A stretch of DNA of 64,000 nt from Candidatus Bathyarchaeota archaeon (GCA_963714275.1 CAVQNT010000007.1:157447-221446); one strand, 5' to 3'; numbered from the stretch's first letter, positions 22,834-34,162 are shown. Notes: a model not told the origin generated them from the sequence alone. Translations and numbers: made by a program.

Positions 22834-23121
22834 TTGTCTAGAGAACCAGAAGTAATGTTTGTAGGCATAAAACCGCCGATGAGCTATGTTTTGGGTATCA
22901 TCACCGTTTTTAGTAAATCGGACATTAAAGAAGTTACGTTGAAGGCGAGAGGACAAGCGATAAACACCGCTGTTGACGCAGCTGAAATTGCTAGGCATAG
23001 ATTCATGAAAGAACTGAATGTAAGCAAAATCAGTATAGGAACGGAAGAGATGCCATCGAGAGAAGATGGAAATAAAAACAGAAACATATCAACTATCGCA
23101 ATAACCTTGACACGGCAGTAA
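22834..23121 (+). CDS. albA: Alba DNA/RNA-binding protein
   Basis: VFVGIKPPMSYVL-like start, LKARGQAINTAVDAAEI, IGTEE, ISTIAITL. Confidence 0.9.
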   Translation: MSREPEVMFVGIKPPMSYVLGIITVFSKSDIKEVTLKARGQAINTAVDAAEIARHRFMKELNVSKISIGTEEMPSREDGNKNRNISTIAITLTRQ

Positions 23122-23186
23122 GCCAGTCAGCTAGAGAAAGAAGAAGCGTTGAACGAAGAAAATAATACCTATCCGTTCTTGCCAAT

Positions 23187-23423
23187 TTAGATTCTGATGA
23201 GGAAAACCATGTCCTTGGTATAGATTTTTCTTTCTTCAGTAGCGTGGTTTCTGTATGGCAAGCTGGATTTTGTGCGGATAGCCACTTTCTCTATTTTAAC
23301 GAAGTGGTCATGTGTGCACTTGACTGCTATGACTTTCTCGCTTTCGCTGATCCACACTATGTGGGCATTATGTCCCTCAGGACATTTATAAACGTCTCCA
23401 ACCTTCAAATCCATTCTTGTCAA
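23187..23423 (-). CDS. Small hypothetical protein (CPEGH...C motif)
   Basis: 78-aa ORF. Confidence 0.45.
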   Translation of the reverse strand: MTRMDLKVGDVYKCPEGHNAHIVWISESEKVIAVKCTHDHFVKIEKVAIRTKSSLPYRNHATEERKIYTKDMVFLIRI

Positions 23424-23610
23424 CCTTCAAAACAATCCTTTTTAGTGATTGTTAACCCGAGATAAGAACCCTTTCCTTCTTGATTATACGGAGTATTTCT
23501 TGCGTCGCCAAAGATATTTGGTGGCTGCAAGATCAAAGGGATCAATATCTTTTATACGGTTTTGATTAAGACTAGGACTTTCAATATATCATAGTCTGGA
23601 ATAAAAACCA

Positions 23611-23710
23611 TTAGTGAGCTAGAACGTTTTTGTGTGATATACGATATACTGAGCAAACAGAAGCGGATAAGAAATAAAAAAAGAGAGAGAAAGATTAGAT
23701 TTTAGTCCAA
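23611..23710 (-). repeat. Linker-arm-core element (arm shared with 29815-29898)
   Basis: TTAGTGAGCTAG linker, TGTGTGATATACGATATACTGAGCAAACAGAAGCG arm, TAGATTTTA core. Confidence 0.8.
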
Positions 23711-23803
23711 CCAACCAACCAACACAAGACTTTGATGCTCAACACACCTCAAGGGCATGTGAACAAAAACTTTTATTGACTGACTATCATTCTTAATATC
23801 GAA

Positions 23804-24154
23804 ATGGATTCTTCAAAGTTAATGTTGACTGCCTTGAGATTCAATGAAAGAATCAACCAGCAGGACTTGGAAGGTTTAACTGAATTAATGACCAATGACC
23901 ACACATTCATAGATAACTCAGGAAACGTCACTAAAGGCAAAGATGTTATGAAAGAGGGTTGGAGAGATTTCTTTAAGAAATATCCTGATTACCGAAACAT
24001 ATTCACCTGCGTGACAATTCAAAACAATGTCGTTGTTATGGTTGGCTATTCTATCTGCTCCTACAAACCACTCGATGGCCCAAACATGTGGGCTGCTAAA
24101 GTACGCGGTGGGCATATCTCCGAATGGAGAGTTTATTGGCTAAATAAAAGGTAA
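23804..24154 (+). CDS. NTF2/SnoaL-like protein
   Basis: FNERINQQDLEGLTELMTNDHTFID, FPDY-like motif, ISEWRVY. Confidence 0.8.
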   Translation: MDSSKLMLTALRFNERINQQDLEGLTELMTNDHTFIDNSGNVTKGKDVMKEGWRDFFKKYPDYRNIFTCVTIQNNVVVMVGYSICSYKPLDGPNMWAAKVRGGHISEWRVYWLNKR

Positions 24155-24252
24155 GAGTAAAACTCTATCCAGCAAAGTCTCAATGATGGTTACTAATCAC
24201 TTCTGCCTGTTTGGCTTACTATTTGCTTTCCAGCCTTTTGGTGAAGAGCTAG

Positions 24253-25243
24253 CTAGGTTAGGGTCTTAAGCATACTTTCAGCATTTTCAATTGAAACATC
24301 TGGACCTATCTCGCTGTAGAGTATAAGTCCACCGTTGAATCCTTTAAAACCTCGGATTATTTGCTTCACTAGTTTTCTGACTTGGCTTGGTGTTCCAAAC
24401 GGCAACATATATTGTCGGTCTACGTCAGCGGCTAAGCACAGTTTTCCTCCGAACCTTTCTCTTATAGTCTGTATGCCCATGAGGCTAACTTGGATGTTTG
24501 CGACGTCAAGGCCTATCTCGATCATGTCGGGAAGCATGTCAATTACATATCCGTCGCTGTGAAAAAACAGGTGTTTTCCCTTCTTGCGGACTTGGTCAAA
24601 CATTTTTTTGTAAACAGGTTTGAAGATCCGTCTCCACTGTTCTGATTTTATCATGAGCCTCTGTTGGGTTCCCCAGTCGTCACCGAACATGACACCGTCA
24701 ACGTCCATTTCGAGCATTAACTTAAGCCGTTGAAGATTATAATCCGCAATCTTGTCAATTAATATGAAAAGCTCCTTTCTGCCCATAACGATGTCCAAAA
24801 GAATTTTCTCAAAACCTCTAAGGTAATGCAGCCTGTGCCAGATGCTACCACCATCAGCCAACAGATATTTTGAATGATCAGCTTCACGGACGGATTTTTG
24901 AACTTCCTCCATGCCAAGCTGGGGATCTGGAAGATAGTATGCTGTAAGGTTCTCCCAGTCAGCTAGAGGATGATGCACTGGCTGACCTATGACGCCATTC
25001 TGCAGGTTTCTCCAAATGACGCCCCACTCGTCTTGATAGGCTCCTTTACTCCACGATTGACTCTACTCTAGGGTTCTAGCCATGCCGTAAGCAGCAGCGA
25101 AATCCTGTGGATATTTCTCGTAAAGCTTTTTTCAGAGCATCATCTCGAGGTCCGGGGGGAACAGCTAAGTTATAGCATCCGTTCGGAATTCTGTCAGGTT
25201 CTTCGAACTCTATTGCTCTTATTACTCTTTCTCGTGAGTTCAT
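24253..25243 (-). CDS. Uroporphyrinogen decarboxylase / methyltransferase (URO-D/MtaA) family protein, frameshifted
   Basis: MNSRERVIRAIEFEEPDRIP, DEWGV, FGDDWGTQ, FHSDG, LPFGTP; the stop codon is supplied by a TAGCTAGC linker. Confidence 0.85.
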
Positions 25244-25372
25244 GAATAATAACCAAGACAATGTCCTGCACAGGATATATATAGCGCGTATTATAGGGCT
25301 GTGCAATTTGTAAGGTAGACTATTGTTGGTAATTAATTAAAGCTTTTAAAATCGACCTTAATATTTTTCTTT

Positions 25373-26752
25373 ATGCTTCAGATTTCTGTTGTAGGTGCAG
25401 GCAGTATCTTTTTCACAGGTAGGCTTATAGTGGATTTGTGTTTAACAAGAAGTCTATCTAACAGCACTGTTGTTCTGATGGATATCGATAAGAAACGCCT
25501 AAACATGATGTACAATTTAGCCACCAAATATGCAAGAGAGATGAACACCGACTTAAATATAAAGAAGACAATGGACAGAGAAGAGGCTTTGAATGGCGCG
25601 GACTTCGTTATTGACACAGTAAAGGTCGGTGGCTATGAGCCGATGGAGATTGAACGAAAGATCGCTGAGAATCACGGCTACTACAGAGGTTTAGGTGACA
25701 GGGTTAGCGACTATTACGGTGGTATTGGAGCATTCCATCAGTTGAAATTTTTCTTAGACTTGGCCAGAGATGTGGAAGAAGTCTGCCCAGACGCTTGGTT
25801 GTTACAAGCTGCAAACCCCATATTCGAAGGTACAACTTTGGTGTCCAGAGAAACTAAGGCGAAGGTGATTGGAGTCTGCCATGGGCATTTTAGTTACACA
25901 GATATTGTGAAGACTCTTAATTTAAAACAAGAGGACGTTCAGGTTTTAATCGCAGGTTTTAACCATAACATTTGGCTTTTAAGTTTCTTACACAACGGTA
26001 AAACCATTTATCCAATGCTTGATCAGTGGATTGAGAAGAAAGCTGAGAAATATTGGAAAAGCGATGAATATCTGAATAGTCCGCCTTGGGTTGCTGAGCA
26101 GATGTCACCAGCTGCGGTGGACATGTATAGGATGTATGGCCTCTTTCCAATAGGAGACACAGTGAGAAGTGCATCACCTTGGTGGTACCATACAGATTTG
26201 ATGACAAAACAGAGATGGTACGGTCCCACTGGCGGGTTTGACTCAGAAATAGGATGGTCAATATACTTAAATTCACTTAAAGAGATGCTAGAACAAATGC
26301 GTGTTTGGTCTAGTGATCCTGCTGTCGCTTTGACAAAAGAGTATCCTCCAACTTTTAGTGGAGAACAGCATATACCTCTCATCGATGCAATCGTAAACGA
26401 CAAAGAGGTACAATTGCAGTTAAATATACCAAATAAAGGAGCGATTTCTGGCATACCAGACGATGTTGTCGTAGAGGTTCCGATGGTAGTTGGCACCACA
26501 CGTGGTGGTCGAAAGACGGTGACAGCCATGCATGTAGGCCAATTGCCTAAACGTCTTATGTTACATGTTTTGATGCCTAGGATGTTTAGGATGGAACAAA
26601 TTCTTCAAGCCTTCTTAGAGGGTGATAGGAAAAGTCTGCTTCTTATGATAACTGAAGATCACAGGACAAGATTATTCGAAGATGCAAAAATGCTCTTAGA
26701 GGAACAATTAGGACAGTCTTGGAATTCCGAGGCAGCTAAACTTTATAAATAG
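25373..26752 (+). CDS. GH4 NAD-dependent alpha-glycosidase
   Basis: VVGAGSIFF, QAANP, GVCHGH, AGFNHNIW, GEQHIP, VVEVP. Confidence 0.92.
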   Translation: MLQISVVGAGSIFFTGRLIVDLCLTRSLSNSTVVLMDIDKKRLNMMYNLATKYAREMNTDLNIKKTMDREEALNGADFVIDTVKVGGYEPMEIERKIAENHGYYRGLGDRVSDYYGGIGAFHQLKFFLDLARDVEEVCPDAWLLQAANPIFEGTTLVSRETKAKVIGVCHGHFSYTDIVKTLNLKQEDVQVLIAGFNHNIWLLSFLHNGKTIYPMLDQWIEKKAEKYWKSDEYLNSPPWVAEQMSPAAVDMYRMYGLFPIGDTVRSASPWWYHTDLMTKQRWYGPTGGFDSEIGWSIYLNSLKEMLEQMRVWSSDPAVALTKEYPPTFSGEQHIPLIDAIVNDKEVQLQLNIPNKGAISGIPDDVVVEVPMVVGTTRGGRKTVTAMHVGQLPKRLMLHVLMPRMFRMEQILQAFLEGDRKSLLLMITEDHRTRLFEDAKMLLEEQLGQSWNSEAAKLYK

Positions 26753-26761
26753 TGAGTAAAA

Positions 26762-28065
26762 ATGAATCGCCGTAAGAGCTTGAAACATTCATGGTTCGTA
26801 ACCATAATGCTGTTCTTGTTTAGATCATTTCACACTGCGGACATTTTTGTAATTTCAGTCGTTCTTCCACAGATCCTTGATGAATTTCAAATCACATACG
26901 CGGGCGGAGGTCTCATATTTACTGCAACTTTCTTCATGGCAGTTGCCCTGTATCCAGTTTGGGGTTACTTATTTGACAGGTACTCAAGGAAGGCGCTCAT
27001 TAGCCTATCTGGCATAATATGGGGATTTACTACATGTCTCAACGCTGTATCAAGAACCTTTTCAGAATTCTTTTTAACTAGGACTCTTACTGGTATTGAC
27101 GACACACCTCCTTCGGGTATGAATACTTAGTTAGTGATTACTTTCCTCCTATGAGTAGAGGTAAACCTCTGGGACTGATTAATGCCACAGCAGCCTTCGG
27201 TGCTTTAATTGGGACAATATTAGGCGTGATTGTGGGTTATGTAACAGGCTGGAGAATGTTATTCTACATAACTGGAGGAGTTGGAATACTAATGGCAATA
27301 TTGGTTTATTTTACAGTCAAAGATATTCCTCGTGGAAGTCTGAACCTGAGCTAGAAGACCTTAAGATCAAAGAAGGTCTTTACAAAATAAATTTTAAAGA
27401 ATTATTTTCATTAGTCAAGAAAAAGTCTCAGCTGTTCCTCAGTCTGCAGGGATTTTTTGGAGTATTTCCGTGGCAGGTGCTTCAAGCTTGGGTTTTCACA
27501 TACATGGTCGAGGAGAGAGGTTTTGATGCAGGGCTTTCTATGTATATAATGTTGATCTGGCTTGTGAGTATGATCATAGGAAATCTAGTTGGCGGGATGC
27601 TCGGAGATGTGCTCTTTAAAAGAGATATTAGAGGAAGAGTGATTTTAGGCGTAGTTGTTGTATTTCTTTCACTCCAGCGTTGTATTTTACTATTATGTGG
27701 CCTCAGGGGGATGTTTTCGGATTCACAGTCGCAGGTACCTTAGCATCTTTCATACTGCCTATGGCTGGCCCGAACGTTTCTGCCGCAGTAATGGACATAG
27801 CTGAACCAGAAGTTAGAAGTTCAGCAGATGCTTTACTTAGAATTTTTGAATATGGCGGTTCTTCTGCACTCCTTTAATATCAGGATATCTCGCGGACATG
27901 TATGGATTAGGATTGGGCATACTCTATATTTCAGTTACAACATGGATAATGTGTGGTATACTCTTCATAATACTCACATTTGTTATATCCAAAGATATTC
28001 TTGAGCTAAGGAAGAAAATGGCTGAAAGAGCAGAAAAGCTTAAGGCACTTCCTTTGTCTCAATGA
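26762..28065 (+). CDS. MFS transporter, several frameshifts
   Basis: Hydrophobic helices, WGYLFDRYSRK motif A; fragments are collinear. Confidence 0.8.
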
Positions 28066-29554
28066 TATGCTTATACACTTCTGCGCTCTTTCTTGGAAAC
28101 CTGGCTTTTGTTTTTAAGTCTACAGCATATAGACCGAACTTCATTTTGAAACCCGAAGCCCATTCATAGTTGTCCGTTAAAGCCCAGTGGAAATAGCCTC
28201 TAACATCCAGTTTATCTCTATTTATGGCTTTGTCCAGCTCTCTTAATTGCTCCGTTATAAACTGTGGTCTTAATTTGTCTTCAGAATCAGCTATCCCATT
28301 TTCCGTCACAAACATTGGTTTGCCATATTTTGACATAAGTTTTAAGGCATCTGTTAAGCCTTCAGGGTATAGTTCCCAGCCAAAGTCAGATGTTGGCCTG
28401 CCATCCTTTGAGATGCTGTTTGGTTTGCAATTGTTTCCGTAATCAGTTACCATCTCCGGTACAAATGGAATTCCTGCAAAAAGTTTCGCTAAAATCGACT
28501 TTCCATGTCTGATTACGTTCCGGCTATAATAGTTGACACCTATCCAGTCTAACCTGTTCTCTAAGTAGTGCTTAGTTTCATCTTTTTCCCTTTTTCCATT
28601 TAGATTTTCGTCAAGCCACCCTTCAGAAGCGGCTTCTATAAAGTATGAATTGTGAATATGACTGGCATAAGCGCTGGCTCCACTATCAAGTTTTGGGTTG
28701 TAAGGAACCATAGGAGACACGTTTTGAATCGCGCCCACTTCGACTGAAGAGTTGCTATTCTGATTGGCTTTGACTTTGTCCCATTCTTTGATTGCATCAT
28801 AGGCTCTTGCATGAGCAACAACCATGTTTCCTAAAACCCTTTTAAAGGCAGTAAAGTTCATTAAGCCAGGCGGAAAATACGCCACTTCAGGGAGAAGATA
28901 ACCGCTTTCTGCAACAACCACGGGCTCGTTAAAGGTAGCCCAGAAATCCACAAGATCTCCAAGCTTCCACGCTAAGTAAGCTACATACTTCCAAAACTCA
29001 ATGATCGTATCCTCATCAAGCCACCCCCTAAACCCAGCCTTTAACTTTGAATTCCTAGCTACTATCGGGTCATGAATCCAAAGGGGTAAAGTAAAATGGT
29101 TAAGACAAACGTACGGCTCAATTCTTCTCTCCTTCAAATCCAAAATCATCAGCCGATAATGGTTTAAAGCATCATTATTCGCGAATTTTTCGAGCTTCTC
29201 AATGAAACCTTCTTCAGCATGTATTCCGGAAATCCTTCCATCATCCGACTTTTCAACATTCACCTTCAATTCTCTGGTACTATTTGGAAATATTCTGCTC
29301 CACTCAATACCAAGCCTATAAACGTTCAACCTAAGATCGGAGGAAATCTTGTGATCTTCTTTGTAGAGAAACCAGTAATTTGGTCCGTCTTCAGGAAATT
29401 CTCCACTGACAGCTTTCTTCTCTATGTTCTGTCTGTCATGAACCCAAACAAACCAGTCAGTATTTCCGTCTAGAGATGCACGAGATAGGTCACCCATTTC
29501 AGACTGAAAGCCACAAGACGATACTCCCCACAAAAACTTGTCAGGAAAAACCAT
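28040..29554 (-). CDS. GH1 beta-glycosidase (archaeal BgaS/LacS-like)
   Basis: FLWGVS..GFQSEMG, IEWSRIFP, TFNEP, VTENG, DNYEWASG. Confidence 0.93.
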   Translation of the reverse strand: MVFPDKFLWGVSSCGFQSEMGDLSRASLDGNTDWFVWVHDRQNIEKKAVSGEFPEDGPNYWFLYKEDHKISSDLRLNVYRLGIEWSRIFPNSTRELKVNVEKSDDGRISGIHAEEGFIEKLEKFANNDALNHYRLMILDLKERRIEPYVCLNHFTLPLWIHDPIVARNSKLKAGFRGWLDEDTIIEFWKYVAYLAWKLGDLVDFWATFNEPVVVAESGYLLPEVAYFPPGLMNFTAFKRVLGNMVVAHARAYDAIKEWDKVKANQNSNSSVEVGAIQNVSPMVPYNPKLDSGASAYASHIHNSYFIEAASEGWLDENLNGKREKDETKHYLENRLDWIGVNYYSRNVIRHGKSILAKLFAGIPFVPEMVTDYGNNCKPNSISKDGRPTSDFGWELYPEGLTDALKLMSKYGKPMFVTENGIADSEDKLRPQFITEQLRELDKAINRDKLDVRGYFHWALTDNYEWASGFKMKFGLYAVDLKTKARFPRKSAEVYKHIIETKEVP

Positions 29555-29613
29555 TTTAACCAAACCAAAATGAGAAAAAGGCATATATAAAATTAGGGTT
29601 CGATTAAACAAGG

Positions 29614-30019
29614 GCTAGCTAGCTATAGCGCGTGAGAACGTTAGAGTGTGTGGAGGGTAAATTTTATCTCTAAACTCAGACTTTTTCTTTTTTATTCTTT
29701 TTCTACCTTTCTCTGTGTCCCATTTAGACATGTACATGGTTTAGTGTGTGTGTACTTGTACCAGTTCTCTTTTAGTACAGTACATTTCAACAGTGGTTTT
29801 GTATTTTGTATGTTTTTTTGTGTGATATTCGATATACTGAGCAAACAGAAGCGTATAAAATAAATAATTAGAGAGAGAAAAAGATTAAAATTTAGTCCCC
29901 AAACCTAAACATTGTCTTTCTTTCTTTTATTCTCTCTCTACCTTACTCCGTATCACGTATATCGTGTATATCACACACAACACAAATAAAAAACCCTAAA
30001 CAGTAGCTGACTGGCTTAG
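29614..30019. repeat. Composite non-coding element with two cores and three arm types
   Basis: Linker 29614, core 29658, arm matching 21115-21277, arm matching 23627-23708, core 29886, arm matching the reverse complement of 45467-45562, linker 30004. Confidence 0.85.
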
Positions 30020-30078
30020 TTATCTAATGCGAGAAGTTTTAAACAACTGATTAATAAAAAGGTGATTTCAGCTATCAA

Positions 30079-30324
30079 TTAACATTTGAATTGGTGATTC
30101 AAAGACTGTTTTGTGCTTTTGTCTTCGTCTTGAAAGATGAATAGGTCGTCTATTGAAGTTTTTAGGATTTTGGCTATGTCATGTGCAAGTTTTAGTGAAG
30201 GATTATATTTGCCCTTCTCAAGGTAGAGTATGGTTTCTCGTCTTACGCCCGCTTTTTTAGCTAAATCTTCTTGTGTTAGGTCGTATCTTGCTCTAAGCTC
30301 TTTGATTCTCGTTCTGAAGGACAT
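30079..30324 (-). CDS. XRE-family HTH regulator
   Basis: [32 protein letters not shown]. Confidence 0.9.
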   Translation of the reverse strand: MSFRTRIKELRARYDLTQEDLAKKAGVRRETILYLEKGKYNPSLKLAHDIAKILKTSIDDLFIFQDEDKSTKQSLNHQFKC

Positions 30325-30653
30325 CAGGAGTCGCCTCTCCTGTTGAAGAGTAAGCGTAATCCAATGAACGACAGACTGTATGATAGAAGCGACACTATCA
30401 GTGCGTATCCTACTTCAAAAACATATGAACCGTAAAATTCTTTAGATATGATATTCACTGCTAGAAGTGCTATCGTAAAGTATTGACCGATATAGAAAGC
30501 GTATGTCGCTGCTTTTCCAGTAATTCTCTGTGTTCGTTCATCCTTTAAAGGATAGCCAGACCTCCTTTCTTTGATGAGCATCCATGCAATTATGACGCCT
30601 AGCCCAATGATTATTGCAGCTATCCCGCCAGAAGTAATTACCCAAAGATCCAC
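30324..30653 (-). CDS. DUF2178-like membrane protein
   Basis: [12 protein letters not shown] motif, TM helices, coupled to the XRE gene. Confidence 0.75.
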   Translation of the reverse strand: MDLWVITSGGIAAIIIGLGVIIAWMLIKERRSGYPLKDERTQRITGKAATYAFYIGQYFTIALLAVNIISKEFYGSYVFEVGYALIVSLLSYSLSFIGLRLLFNRRGDS

Positions 30654-30835
30654 TACGATCCCCTCCCAGCCAGACTTTTTCCCCCACCCTCTTTCTTTGC
30701 CTTAATAATGGTGATGATTGACAACAGCATTCCAGCCCCGATAAACGAATAGCCAATCAGCCGATCTGAACCAAATATAATACCGAGGATTACTAACGTA
30801 CTTCCGAGAGTTGTAAGTTCTTGAGTCTTCATCAT
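30653..30835 (-). CDS. Small two-TM membrane protein
   Basis: 60 aa, overlaps the start of the DUF2178 gene. Confidence 0.55.
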   Translation of the reverse strand: MMKTQELTTLGSTLVILGIIFGSDRLIGYSFIGAGMLLSIITIIKAKKEGGGKSLAGRGS

Positions 30836-30949
30836 TTACACGCCTCCATTACTTATTTTACACTTTTTATTATGTTTTTCTAACTCTATGTTATATAAAA
30901 CACACATCACTTATTTAAAACTTTTGGTTTCCTAATAGCTAAGCTCAGC

Positions 30950-31115
30950 TAAGAAGAAAAAACGTTCAAAAAGAAATTGAAAAGTATAAAAATAAGAAGT
31001 GTCTATGTTTTCGTAACGAAAAACTAAAACAAAAAAGTGAATTAAATGACGTATAAGCGAAGTAATAGAGAATCCCGAAAGACGCATCGAAGGCATCCTA
31101 AAAAGAAGGAAAAAG
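30950..31115 (+). repeat. 166-bp repeat, copy 1 (inverted copy at 38358-38523)
   Basis: Reverse-complement match with no mismatch found by eye. Confidence 0.92.
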
Positions 31116-31205
31116 CTAGCTCAGCTCAGTAGGACTACTAAGAATTCTAGTCTTTCCTACTTCTTCTAATCCAAGTCGCACAAATATAGTATTTATTAAC
31201 TAAAT

Positions 31206-32280
31206 CTAAAAAAGTCTCTTCACATAATCCAAAATCATCGAAGGCCTATCATACATAAGTGAAAGTTCAGCGACACAAAGCAAGTAGCAGCCAACTTCCG
31301 CAGATAATTTACAATCTTTAAACTTTATCCTAAGCTGTTCAGCTTTTTCCGAATACCATATCTCTTTCAAACTATGTTCAAGAGCATTACCTAGGGAGTA
31401 GCAATCGTAGAGCCCAAGCGAGCAAAGGGCGCCAACTTCACCGGATGGAGACACTCCGATCTGCAAAGAAAGAGGGTGACAAGAAAAGTCGCCTTTGTTC
31501 TTCACTCAGCTCCAAGTAGGCTGCGGTATTCTGTAAGACTTTCCTGTACTGATGCTTTTTGAGGTAAAGAAGTCTACTCATAATTTTGTCTACATGATCC
31601 CAATCATTCAAAGTCATAATATCAACATCATCTGAAAATTTACCTATGTATGTGCCTTGACCGCAAACCTCGGGCAACTTAAAAATCGGAGAAAACGTTA
31701 TTCCGCTATTCAAACTATCAGCTAACGACAAAAGAGCTTCAATGTCATTCATAGTATGCGACCCAGTAATGATGGAGTTAATATTCGTCGACAGCCCATA
31801 ATCCTGCGCTATCTTAATACCCTCTACTGCCTTTAAAAACAGCCCTTCGATGCCGCGTGTTTTATCGTGGCGACTGTCAGGAAAATCGATGCTTACGCTG
31901 ACAATGTCAAGGTTTCTGTGTATTTCGGGCATTCTTTTTGCTAATAAATATCCGTTCGTAAGTACAAGGGTAGAAAGCCCAACCTCATCAGCATTTTTTA
32001 GAATCGCAGGCAAATCCTTTCTTAAGAGAGCTTCGCCGCCCGTAAAAACTGCGGTCAAACATCCCAAGTCATAAGCGTCTCTAACGATCTTGTTGATTTC
32101 TTCTGTGTTCATCTCTTTAACAGGTTGAGATTTCCAGAAATCGCAGAAGGGGCACCTTGCATTGCATCGGTGCGTAACAGAAAGGCTGAGAAGAATAGGA
32201 ACAGGTCTCCTTAGAACATAGTTTCCAACAAACGATTTTAAAGCATTCCGGATGGGAAACTCCCTAAGGGGATACCTCAT
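31206..32280 (-). CDS. Radical SAM protein with SPASM/twitch domain, frameshift ~31505
   Basis: CNARCPFC, FTGGE, LTNG, SVSID; C-terminal Cys cluster. Confidence 0.88.
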
Positions 32281-32346
32281 GAACCAATTTTTATTAAGTG
32301 TCGATACAAAAAGGTTGTGTCAAATGCCCCAATTGCGCAAAACAAT

Positions 32347-33420
32347 CTACAAGACAGAGGATGGCTCCTTAAAGGTTTTAAACCCAACCCATTGCGCCGC
32401 AACGTAACCTATTATGATTCTTGACCAGAACGTTAAGATTCTGGTGAGAACCGTTGCCGCTGCACTTGTGCCTGATGGTACACCGAATGCCGTGAAAAGC
32501 GAAGCCATGACAATCTCTATAAACCCGAGTTCAGAGGGTATGCCGAACGGAATCGCTTGAACCGCCAACATCAATGAGTAAACCACAACAACTGCAAGGA
32601 AGGAAACGTTGAAACCAATTGCGTAAAAGACAAGAAACATCGTTGAAATGTCAAAAAACCAAGCTATAATCAAAAGCAATAAAGGTTTAAACAGCCATTT
32701 TGGGTTTTTACTAAAGACTTCCATGTTTCCGTGAAAGGCTTGAAGAATTGAGTGCAGTTTAGTCTTAATTTTTGAAAGGCTCCAACGACCACGGAAAAGC
32801 CACACAAAAAAGTTCAGTAGCCAATTTATCGCTTTCCAAGTTTTCTCCTCCTCAAAAAAAATCAGATAGCAAATTAGAATCAGCGAAGTCACACTGCCAA
32901 AAATTTCGAACCATATTACAAATAGAACCGTCTGTGGCAGTGTGAAGCTTACCGTCAACAAAACAGAACCAAACACAAGACCACCTATAGTCACAGCCAT
33001 CGACAAAATTCTGTTTCCCATGACTGACGCTGCAATTTTCCCCGCGTTTTCACCAGTTTCCCTAGCCATCAAATAAATTTTAACAATGTCGCTACTCACA
33101 GATTCGAAGGGAATAATGAAGTCCACAAATATGCCGGTCCAAATAAAAAGAAACACTTTTTTTAAGACAGATTTAACGGAAGTCAGCTTAAGGAGAAGAT
33201 GCCAAGAAAATGAATACAAGGTTATATTCAGAACCGAGACAATTGCAGCCAATAAATAGAAAAAAATGTTTCCACCAGCGTTCGAGAGTGCATCAACCAT
33301 CTCGGGAATGTCCACGAAAAAGTGAAGGTAAGCAACAAAGAATAGTAGACCAAAAATGAGGTAAAGAACCATTCTTGGGCTGACTTCTACCTTACGTTCA
33401 GTCATCGTCGTAAACACCAA
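32347..33420 (-). CDS. Flippase-like (LPG synthase TM / AglD2-like) membrane protein
   Basis: Multi-TM, PFGIPSELGFIE, RILTFW. Confidence 0.8.
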   Translation of the reverse strand: MVFTTMTERKVEVSPRMVLYLIFGLLFFVAYLHFFVDIPEMVDALSNAGGNIFFYLLAAIVSVLNITLYSFSWHLLLKLTSVKSVLKKVFLFIWTGIFVDFIIPFESVSSDIVKIYLMARETGENAGKIAASVMGNRILSMAVTIGGLVFGSVLLTVSFTLPQTVLFVIWFEIFGSVTSLILICYLIFFEEEKTWKAINWLLNFFVWLFRGRWSLSKIKTKLHSILQAFHGNMEVFSKNPKWLFKPLLLLIIAWFFDISTMFLVFYAIGFNVSFLAVVVVYSLMLAVQAIPFGIPSELGFIEIVMASLFTAFGVPSGTSAAATVLTRILTFWSRIIIGYVAAQWVGFKTFKEPSSVL

Positions 33421-33548
33421 TTCTTGATAGGGGTATACTAAACTGCATTAATTTACAAAGGAATATTTATTTCGTTATCTAAAAACACAATTTTAAATGA
33501 AAAGGCTTTTCTATTATATATGAATATTTCTCCTACCGTGGGACAAGC

Positions 33549-33884
33549 GTGACACAATATTCGTTAAAGGAACTTACAGTCGAATACTTCAACCGAAGAG
33601 GTTACGAAGTAAAAAAAGACCAACCCCAAGAAGAACTTAATACTCCTGCAAAGTTCGACCTAATCGTCAGCAAAAGCAAAGAAATACACCCCGTAAGAAT
33701 CAAAGAGTGGAACAGGACAGTCGGCGTCAACATCGTCATTAATATGGACAAGGCTTCAGTAAAATCAGGATTCTCAAGCCCTATCCTGGTGTCAGAAAAA
33801 TTCAGCGAACACGCAAAAGCCTACGCCACTCGAAGAGGAATCATGCTGATCACAAAGTTCGAAATCATGCGAAGCCTAAGATAA
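33549..33884 (+). CDS. Mrr-like PD-(D/E)xK restriction-endonuclease-fold protein
   Basis: YFNRRGYEV, FDLIV, IKEWNRTVGV, FSEHAKAYA. Confidence 0.7.
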   Translation: MTQYSLKELTVEYFNRRGYEVKKDQPQEELNTPAKFDLIVSKSKEIHPVRIKEWNRTVGVNIVINMDKASVKSGFSSPILVSEKFSEHAKAYATRRGIMLITKFEIMRSLR

Positions 33885-33934
33885 CCGCTTCAAACAAAAG
33901 ATAATTATTCAGTAAATTTTCTAACTTAGAGAGG

Positions 33935-34132
33935 TCACTTTCTTTCGTTTAGATGCATAGTAGCGATTCCTGTAAGCACGAAAAGCCAAGCATAAATCAA
34001 ACCTGCATAAATAATAAACCAAGAGTTTTGTCTAACCATGTCGCTTAATGATCCCCCAAGAGAACCCACAAAAAGAGCAGTCACGACCCATAATATTGTG
34101 GTTCGTTTGCTAAGTTTTCCCACAAAAAACAC
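33935..34132 (-). CDS. Small membrane protein or fragment
   Basis: Two hydrophobic helices. Confidence 0.35.
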   Translation of the reverse strand: MFFVGKLSKRTTILWVVTALFVGSLGGSLSDMVRQNSWFIIYAGLIYAWLFVLTGIATMHLNERK

Positions 34133-34162
34133 TGTAGACCTATCCGACTTAATAATTTTATT

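Noticed and set aside
33549-33884. Mrr-like gene as a complete defence system
   Set aside because: A short stand-alone domain with no methylase or partner genes nearby.
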